Below the pieces are notes generated by a model that saw only the letters and a program-made list of their open reading frames with translations, did not search any database and was not told the origin of the DNA. Shown here piece after piece: positions 53,622 through 64,000 of a stretch of 64,000 nt of DNA. The DNA comes from Octopus sinensis (lineage: Eukaryota): NCBI RefSeq assembly GCF_006345805.1, contig NC_043008.1:69378001-69442000 (forward strand), in the 5' to 3' direction. The stretch's first letter is position 1. Every line of letters starts with the position of its first letter. The position numbers and the translations under genes are program-made.

Positions 53622-54487
53622 TGTATGCAAAGAATTTGGTAAGGCATAGCGATATGAGCAACCAGTTGTTCGAAATCAATATAGATATGCTCCGCGGAAG
53701 CTTTAATGTAATGGACAAGCGCTCAGCTTTGAGTGCAGTGTGTTACTGCAGAAACAACTGGAAGCTAAGGAAGTTGACAACCTAATTCCTTTCTATAAAC
53801 CAGTAATAGTTGAGATATAAACACGCAGGCACACACACACACACACACACACACACCATACACACACACGTTTACATGCATATATGTATTTGTGCGTGTA
53901 TGTATTTCTTCGTGTCTAGGGAGAGACATTATGCTAATATTACAAACACACACACTAATTGAATTCCACTCTTTTATTATTATTTAGTTACAGCTACACC
54001 CACCCACACATATACATATGTTTGTATATATATGAATAAATGTATATGTATATATATATGTATGTGTGTGTATATACACACATATATATATTTATATATA
54101 TATGCACATACATACATATATACATATATACATACATACATACATACATACATACTTACATACATACTTACATACTTACGTACATACATACATACTTACA
54201 TACATACATACATACATACTTACATACATACTTACATACTTACGTACATACATACATACTTACATACATACATACATATGTACATACGTACATACATACA
54301 TACATACATACATACATCATACTACATACATACATACATAATACATACATACATATATGTATACACACACATATATATATTTATATATATGCACATACAT
54401 ATATACATATATACATGCATACATACATACTTACATACATACATACGTACAAACATACATACATACATACATACATACATACATACA

Positions 54488-54522
<35 letters not shown>

Positions 54523-54852
54523 GTTTATATGGAAAGGAAGCTTGAAATTTTCCGCATGCATCCGCATCTTTCTCCGAAAGATTAGGAATGGATTAAGAAG
54601 GAGTAAAATGAATTACAAAAACAAAAAAAAGAAGTAAGCGCAAAATTATATTTTAAATACATAAACAGACGTAAACACACCAAATAAAGATGAAGATAAT
54701 AGAATAGATTTGAACAATTCAAAGTAAAGATATGAAGCACCCAGCAGGTTTCTGTTCTGAGACAGCTGATCGAAAACATCACTGAATATCTAATTTGTAT
54801 ACCTTTATAATCTTTCCATCTAAACTTTTATCTAACTTTTTATCTACCTACA

Positions 54853-54967
<115 letters not shown>

Positions 54968-55163
54968 CTATCTATCTCTGTTTCCCTGTCTATGTATCTA
55001 TTTCTTTCTTTCTCTCTCCCTCTCCTCCTTTCTCTCTTCGTATACATACATATATATATATATATATTTGTATATATATATACACATATATATGTATGTA
55101 TATATATATACATACATATCTATCTATCTATATTATATACATATATCATATATACATACATAC

Positions 55164-55227
<64 letters not shown>

Positions 55228-55321
55228 CCCTGTCCGTATATAAGTATATATACGCACACAAACATATATATATATATACATATATATATTTATATTTATA
55301 TATATGTGTGTGCGTGCGTGC

Positions 55322-55396
<75 letters not shown>

Positions 55397-56281
55397 TGTG
55401 TGTTCCAACTAACGTACATTAACTGCTGCTTCCAGAGCTAAAATCTAATGCAATTCAGAAATTGAAAGACATTGCAAATGAAATAAAATAAAATAAATAA
55501 GGGAAGCACCAAAATAAAATATACGCCATGATTTATATTAAAAAAAAAAAAACATCAAAGGCAAAAGAAAAAAATCTGGCGGGCTGAAATGGTCACGTTC
55601 TTGATATACGTTGTAACATTTTCATATTTTATGGTATTCATTACTATCAAAAAATCGAACAAAATTAAAAACGTATGCGTGTATTTTAAATAGGAATATT
55701 ATAACCGTACCCGGATGTAAAATGTTCTATACGTCTGTCTCTATCTCTCTCTCCCTCTCTCACTTTGTTTCTTTTATTCTCTCTATTTCTCTCTCACACA
55801 CAAATTTCACAACGATACTCTACTAAATGCGAAACAGTATTCTCTAATCTATCTTAACTGAAGGGTTCAACATTGTCAGTGTATATACAGTATATAGATG
55901 TATATATGCATGCATATATGTACACACACACATTATATATTTGCTTGTATATATATATATTAATGTATGTATACATGTATGAATGTACATGTTTAATAGC
56001 ATAATTCTTTCTCTTCCTCTCCCTCTGACTATCTACTCTTCTGTCTGTCTCTCTCACTCTCCCCCCATCTTTCTCTCTCTCTATATATATATCTAATATA
56101 ATGATATATATACACTAACACACTCACACATATATATACATATATATATATATACACATACACAAATATATACATATATATACACACACATACACACACA
56201 TATATTCATACATATATATATATATATATACACACACATTTATATATATATGTATACATACATGCGTATATTTATATATAT

Positions 56282-56498
56282 GGGGGGCGTGACTTAGTGG
56301 TTAGGGTATCAGCACCATGGTCGTAAGATTGTGGTTTCGATTCCTGGTCCGGGCGACGCGTTGTGTTCCTGAACAAAGCACTTCGTTTCACGTCCACTCA
56401 GCTGGCAAAAATGAGTAACGCTGCGATGGACTGGCGTCCCGTCCACCTAGGGAACGCATACGCCATAGAATCCGGGAAACCGGGAAACTGGGCCCATG
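56282..56498 (+). mobile_element. tRNA-derived SINE with conserved central domain (V/Meta-SINE-like)
   Basis: A box tgacttagtgg, B box gtttcgattcc, gttgtgttcctgaacaaagcact, gcgatggactggcgtcccgtcca. Confidence 0.7.
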
Positions 56499-56871
56499 TT
56501 TGTGTGTGTGTATATGTGTGTGTGTGTGTATGTGTGTGTGTGTGTGTGTCTCATATGTATATATGTATGCACACATGCTCACACATGTTAGCAGCATCGT
56601 ATTTGATTGATCTCACGGAGGATCTGTAAATATCTTGGATATAAGAATTTCATATCCAGAAGACAATATCAATTCTGCTCCAACTCACTGTAATTCGATG
56701 ACTCGAGCCAAGGTGAGGACTCTGGTGTTATGTTGTTAGTAAAAGGGACGTTCCAATGTTTTACATACATACATGCATATACATATACAGACATACATAA
56801 TACATACACCCACACATACTTATACATACACACATATACACATACATACCTACATACATGCACACATACAT

Positions 56872-57000
56872 ATGGCTGTGTGGTAAGAAGCTTGCTTCTC
56901 AACAACATGGTTCCAGGTTCAGGCCCACTGAAGCAAGTGTCTTCTACTACATCCTCGGGTCGACCAACGGATTTGGTTGACGGAAACCAGAAGCTCGTAG
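56872..57000 (+). mobile_element. SINE family A fragment
   Basis: tggctgtgtggtaagaagcttgc..gcaagtgtcttctacta. Confidence 0.75.
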
Positions 57001-57079
57001 TATATATATTCGTACTCAAATACTGCGTCCATAGAATTGCGTATGATGTTTAATATATAGTAAATTATGTATATACATT

Positions 57080-58383
57080 TATATATATATATATATATAT
57101 ATATCCAATGACGAAACCATCATAAATGCTAACTTTGTGCAATCACCTTAATTACAGGAATTTTAAATATTTCATGTGTTCACCCTCAATTTGAAATAGC
57201 AAAAGCTGAAATCAAGGCCTCTGTTTTTGTCACTTATATTACCTCACCACCTAACTTTAACTTTAACCGTAACCATAACACTCTATGAAGGTTCCAGCAA
57301 TTAGATTGCAAGCAAACAAACCACTCGTCGATTTTACAGAAGTATCGCCCTGCCATCCATAGTATGTCATTTTTTAGTTTAGATCTAGGTGAACGAGGAG
57401 ACATTTCGTTGCTTCACACCCCAGCCATTGTAGACTACAGCTGTAGAACAACAGATTTTAAACGAGTTTGTGATGGTACATGCTATAAAGATTGATAGCC
57501 TGGAAAAATTTCTTTGTCCTGAAAGTCTCTTGATTTCGAACGGACTACTGTACTTGGTGCCAGATAATATAATGTAAATGAAGTTTAATATTATACTTGA
57601 TTTAAACACAAAAAGAAAAGCCCGACCATCTTGGCACGTATGTTACGGCCTGGTAGAATGGAACATTTCTTGAATTTAGAGTTCTGGGTGATGGACAAAT
57701 TCTAACATTTTGGTTCATGAAATAGAAGAGAGCTCATATGAAATATCGTAATCGTTTGATAGTCAAAATGAAATCCCGGTGATATCTACTTAACAACTAG
57801 GTGAAATGTGTCAAGTGAGGTGTTCATTATCTTACTCAAACGACAGAGCGCCTATCCGCTGTTGGATACAAATGGTGTGATGACATAAATATAATGGAAA
57901 ACTGTTTTTCTTTTAACTTAAGCTGTGGTTTTAGTTGGAGACTACAGGTGGATTAACATAGAGTGTGTGAGGAGAGACATTATACAAAATCATATATTAA
58001 ACTAGACACTAAAGAATAAATCACGTAGGCCGTGGTTTGCAATGTGTCTACCCCTTTATATAATTAATATGTAAACGTCCCTTTAATAACCTCCAGCTTT
58101 CTATGAATACCGCCTCAATATGCCAATAATTTCTGATCCAACGATACCGAACAGTCACGTGATTCTATCGATTCTGTGCTGGTTAAAGAATTGCCAAAGG
58201 TAGAATTTGAATGTGTACCATATTAGAATATCGAAAACATTTCATACTATGTGTATGTGAATTTATGTATGTACATATACGTCTATGTGTATGTATACAT
58301 ACGTTTATGTATTTATGTATGTATGTATGTATGTATCTGTATGTAGAATGTATGTATATATATATATATTATATATATATATA

Positions 58384-58462
<79 letters not shown>

Positions 58463-59712
58463 TATCCAATGACGAAACCATCATAAATGCTAACTTTGTG
58501 CAATCACCTTAATTACAGGAATTTTAAATATTTCATGTGTTCACCCTCAATTTGAAATAGCAAAAGCTGAAATCAAGGCCTCTGTTTTTGTCACTTATAT
58601 TACCTCACCACCTAACTTTAACTTTAACCGTAACCATAACACTCTATGAAGGTTCCAGCAATTAGATTGCAAGCAAACAAACCACTCGTCGATTTTACAG
58701 AAGTATCGCCCTGCCATCCATAGTATGTCATTTTTTAGTTTAGATCTAGGTGAACGAGGAGACATTTCGTTGCTTCACACCCCAGCCAATTGTAGACTAC
58801 AGCTGTAGAACAACAGATTTTAAACGAGTTTGTGATGGTACATGCTATAAAGCTTGATAGCCTGGAAAAATTTCTTTGTCCTGAAAGTCTCTTGATTTCG
58901 AACGGACTACTGTACTTGGTGCCAGATAATATAATGTAAATGAAGTTTAATATTATACTTGATTTAAACACAAAAGAAAAGCCCGACCATCTTGGCACGT
59001 ATGTTACGGCCTGGTAGAATGGAACATTTCTTGAATTTAGAGTTCTGGGTGATGGACAAATTCTAACATTTTGGTTCATGAAATAGAAGAGAGCTCATAT
59101 GAAATATCGTAATCGTTTGATAGTCAAAATGAAATCCCGGTGATATCTACTTAACAACTAGGTGAAATGTGTCAAGTGAGGTGTTCATTATCTTACTCAA
59201 ACGACAGAGCGCCTATCCGCTGTTGGATACAAATGGTGTGATGACATAAATATAATGGAAAACTGGTTTTTCTTTTAACTTAAGCTGTGGTTTTAGTTGG
59301 AGACTACAGGTGGATTAACATAGAGTGTGTGAGGAGAGACATTATACAAAATCATATATTAAACTAGACACTAAAGAATAAATCACGTAGGCCGTGGTTT
59401 GCAATGTGTCTACCCCTTTATATAATTAATATGTAAACGTCCCTTTAATAACCTCCAGCTTTCTATGAATACCGCCTCAATATGCCAATAATTTCTGATC
59501 CAACGATACCGAACAGTCACGTGATTCTATCGATTCTGTGCTGGTTAAAGAATTGCCAAAGGTAGAATTTGAATGTGTACCATATTAGAATATCGAAAAC
59601 ATTTCATACTATGTGTATGTGAATTTATGTATGTACATATAAGTCTATGTGTATGTATACATACGTTTATGTATTTATGTATGTATGTATGTATGTATCT
59701 GTATGTAGAATG

Positions 59713-59753
<41 letters not shown>
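57080..59753. repeat. Two-copy tandem duplication, period about 1361 bp
   Basis: atccaatgacgaaacc at 57103 and 58464. About five small differences seen outside microsatellites. Breakpoints lie in (TA)n. Confidence 0.95.
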
Positions 59754-59757
<4 letters not shown>

Positions 59758-59940
59758 TTTGTGCATACGTCTACGGGGATCTCCATGTGTTTCTATAAGT
59801 GTATATCCACACAATATTGATTTATATTATTAATATTTGTGTCTAGGAGTTCATGTGATGTCTGCGCGTGCACATGTGCCTGTGTATGTGAGTGTGGACA
59901 TAATAAATGTGCATTTATATATAAGTGTATACCTATGCGC

Positions 59941-59971
<31 letters not shown>

Positions 59972-60207
59972 CCACGAGTTTTGATTAGGAAGCGTATGTA
60001 AAGGACACAAACACACACATACATTCACACATACACACACACATATGGCTGCATATATATCTATGTATATAGAGGTGACTGCGTTGCATGTGTGTGTGGT
60101 TCTGTGCGTCAGTGAGTGTAGATAGAAAACCAATCCTATATTCGTACTCAAAACTGCGTCCATACAATTGCGTATGATGTTCAATATATAGTAAATTATG
60201 TATATAC

Positions 60208-60274
<67 letters not shown>

Positions 60275-60276
60275 AT

Positions 60277-60315
<39 letters not shown>

Positions 60316-60711
60316 CATGCTCCTTTCAGCTGCCGTCTGCTAAATCCACTGCCAAGGCCTTGGGCGGCTCCACGCTCTTGTAGAAGACACCTGCCCAAGA
60401 TGCCACGCAATGGGACTGGTGGGATTTTCACCGATCTTGTTTGCAGCCTTCTACCGAATTTTTCCCGTAAATATTCTACAGAATATGGATCAGGGATTTA
60501 CTTGACCCTTTTCAAATGTTTGAATCTTTGAGTTGGTTTCCAGATTGGTATTGTGTATTGCTTGTAAGGAATGAGGCTGTATTTTCTTGGAACTATAGGA
60601 AAATATTGAAGTATTTGCCAATATTTGGGGTCATTTAAAAGGTTGTTGACAAAACTGATCTCTGATCCACCATCACCTAAATTGACATTTCCATAAAATA
60701 TATTCAGCATA

Positions 60712-60963
60712 GTCGCAGGCGTGGCTGTTTGGCAAGATGTTGCCTTCCCAACTTCATGGTTCCGGTGTTAGTCCCACTGCGTTGCACGTTGGGCAAGTGC
60801 CTTCTTCTATAGCCTCGGGCCGATAGACTTGTGGACGGATTTGGCAGTCGGATACTGAAAGAAGCATGTCATATTTGTGTGTATATTTGTGTGTGTGTGT
60901 GTGCGTGTATGTGTGCGTGTGCGTGTGTGTGTGTGTGTGCGTGCGTGCGTGTGTGTGTGTGTG

Positions 60964-61009
<46 letters not shown>

Positions 61010-61200
61010 TATGTCTTTGTGGCTGTGTTTGTCCCCTACCGCCACTTGACAACCGGTAGTGATTTTTTTACGTCCCCGTAACTTATCTGTTCGGCTGAGG
61101 ACCAATAAGTACCCGGCTCAAAATAAGTATGGTGTCGTTTCATTTGCCTAAAAATTCTTCAAGGTTGTGCCCCAGAATGACTGAAACATGTAAACGATAA
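60712..61200 (+). mobile_element. SINE family A with expanded (TG)n
   Basis: Head gtcgcaggcgtggctgtttgg, tail aatgactgaaacatgtaaa. Confidence 0.85.
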
Positions 61201-61401
61201 AATAAAAGCTCTTCGATGCTAGCTGTCCTTTGCAAACTAGCGGCTCCATGTTTCAGCTGCAATGTGTGCCACATATATACTTTCCACTATGCTCATTGAT
61301 TTTGTTATTGCAAATACTAATAATATACGGAAACTGTTGAGAAGCAAACACGAATAATAAGACACATATTTATGCACATATACATATAGCGGGTTCCACA
61401 A

Positions 61402-61822
61402 TTTCTTATTTCTTTATTGCCCACAAGGGGCTAAACATAGAGGAGACAAACAAGGACAAACAAAGAGGTTAAGTCGATTACATCAACCCCAAGGCGTAAC
61501 TGGTACTTAATTTATCGACCCCGAAAGGATGAAAGACAATGTCGACCTCGGCGGAATTTGATCTCAGAAGGTAACAGCAGACGAAATACCTATTTCTTTA
61601 CTACCCACAAGGGGCTAAACACAGAGAGGACAAATAAGGACAGACAAACGGATTAAGTCGATTATTTCGACCCCAGTGCGTAACTGGTACTTATTTAATC
61701 GACCCCAAAAGGATAAAAGGCAAAGTCGACCTCGAAGGAATTTGAACTCAGAACGTAGCGGCAGACGAAATACTGGTAAGCATTTCGCCCGGCGTGCTAA
61801 CGTTTCTGCCAGCTGACCGCCT
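61402..61822 (-). mobile_element. Tandem pair of SINE family B variant carrying an L1/Tx1-like tail
   Basis: Full copy at 61591-61822 plus a 5'-truncated copy at 61402-61590. Both end in gccccttgtggg..aaagaaata. Confidence 0.85.
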
Positions 61823-63426
61823 TCAGTTTCTGTCTACCAAATTTACTTATGAGGTATTTGGCGGTCCGGGGCTATAGTAAAAGACACGTGCTATAAATAC
61901 TGTGTCGTATAGAGGATTCCGACATCACGTGTTTTCTCGACCCTATCTGTATATATATATATGTGTTTGTGTACTACAGTGGATTTTAAAAGATATTCTA
62001 GATAATGTCTCAAAATCTAGTAGAAATTATTTTGCATTTGGGTTGGCCTCGTCGATTTTTCAGTTGACCCACTACTGATACGTATATCGCCATCTGGGTT
62101 ATAGCTCAACGATGAGGCCGTCTAATGGCCTCGGCAGCTGACATTTTAGTGTGGGGGTCACAAGTACATCTCAATGCCGTTAATACAAAAACACACGTCG
62201 AGTCTTTGCTGTCATATTTCTGTTTTATCATACATTATGGTATGATTTGAATTTAAAAAAATTTAAAGAAAAATTCTTAAAACCATAGTATTGAATGGAA
62301 ATGGAATTAAATTCGGTTCTTATTAATAAATTAAAATATGTCAAAGTGCTCTACCCTAAGGATTTACAAATTTATGTATTTTAACAAATTGTGAGCTTTT
62401 CAAAACTTTAAGATAAAATGATGTTTGCAGTTCGTAGTGTATGATTTTTCTCTACTTAAAACAGCATCTAGATTGGGTGCATATTTTGTAATTTTGTATT
62501 ATTACGTTGTCTGTAATGCTTCTAACCCTTCTCCCCGCTGTACTTTGATTACGTTGACAAAGCTTTTGATGTAGAAATTTCCCTGGCGTAGTTTGGTTTA
62601 CTGGATCATGGCCTATGCCAACATAACTTCATACAAAACGCGGTTTATTGTTAATGTAATTGAATACCTACACATAATACCCTAATATTTAGCATTCGAG
62701 TTATCTTACACACTCTGTGGAGCAATGGAAGTATGGAGGTGCTTGTGGCATCCATTTACGTCCCTTTTGGATTGTAGGTGAAACCCAGGAATGTTTAAAT
62801 TTCTCTTTCATTCTTTTAGGTTTCATCTAAGATTTGGATCGATAAATACTGATTCATAAAATTGCGGTTTTTCTTTTTTCTTTGTCTTGACTTATGTTAG
62901 ATATCGTTAAAATTGTTATTTTGTTTATAAGTTGACTCGTGGTCTGGTTTACAAGGAATAGGAAATTGTCCAATGAGACCTGCCATCAGACGGGCAAGAA
63001 AGCAACACTTGAATCCTCGAAAGACTGCACTCCGATTTCATAAATATAATTGTGCAGTTTTAACCCTACTTTGCTGAACTCTTTACCACGAAAGACAAAC
63101 TGGAGAAATTTCTTCTACGATATTATACGACATCTACCTTGAGAGTCTACTCCGACTCTCGGTTGAAGATTTAAAACTCTGCGTAAAAAGGGAATTTAGA
63201 AATTGAGTTGGTGGACTTACTGCGTAGTTATGTGATGAAGAAAAATTATCAGGATAGCTTACCCCGATCAGTTGTATGAAAGGTGGATGAGAATGTTGAG
63301 ATAGGCTTGGGTAAATAGCCGATAATGTTAAAATACGCGAGGCTAAATTGGTGTGGCTTTCTGGCAATGACTGGCTGGAGACATTTGCCTTTGCAGTTTC
63401 AGTCTGGATCATCAGAGGTATGTATG

Positions 63427-63492
<66 letters not shown>

Positions 63493-64000
63493 CACACATA
63501 CACACACACATACATATATATATATATGTATATGTATATGTATATGTATGTATATATATTCGTTTGAATATTTATATAGATATTCGTACTGCTATTACTA
63601 TCAGCAGTAAATTTAGATAAGTGATAATAATAACAAAAATATAGGTGATAGCAAGCAATAATAGCGTTAAATTGCTAGAGAATAAACATTTATGATTATA
63701 ATCAACTTTAATTACAATAGAGGGCATACGAGGCACCTACTTGCTAGAAAGAGGAGCTAAATCCTCAAGTAAACCACCGAATTTCACTGAAATTCATAAC
63801 GGATCTATGGAAATCAGGCAAGCGAGAAAATGTTATCAAAATCATCATAACTCAAAGCAGTAGAATGAAGAAGCGGATATACCTAGATCATGATTTCGAG
63901 TTCTGGCTACTGCTTTTACTCTCCTCACCATGCATCACCGTATGAAAAACGAACTCGCCTCGTTGGAATCCGTGGCGTTCTGAATTGTCCTGCGCAAATT

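Overview
AT-rich, microsatellite-saturated animal genomic DNA. The SINE families, Dong/R4 LINEs and simple-repeat load point to an octopus assembly, which is an inference. There is one 100-N scaffold gap (6887-6986). No intact protein-coding gene can be supported, and nearly all listed ORFs are microsatellite translations or decayed transposon frames. Recognisable content: a Penelope-like element (PLE) GIY-YIG 3' end; three Dong/R4-clade LINE pieces; an L1/Tx1 LINE; a CR1-group fragment; several Tc1/mariner relics and a MITE; and about 20 tRNA-derived SINEs. The most interesting signal is a dense set of type I hammerhead ribozymes (HHRs) of different PLE-type families. These include an intact pair spaced 732 nt apart in a tandem repeat (retrozyme-like), and a U3-A8 variant sitting in a near-perfect 310-bp palindrome. 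Also notable are a (TAA)n-targeted non-coding element next to Dong LINEs, and two old inverted-repeat architectures in the repeat-poor 42-48 kb interval. All alignments and folds were done by eye.
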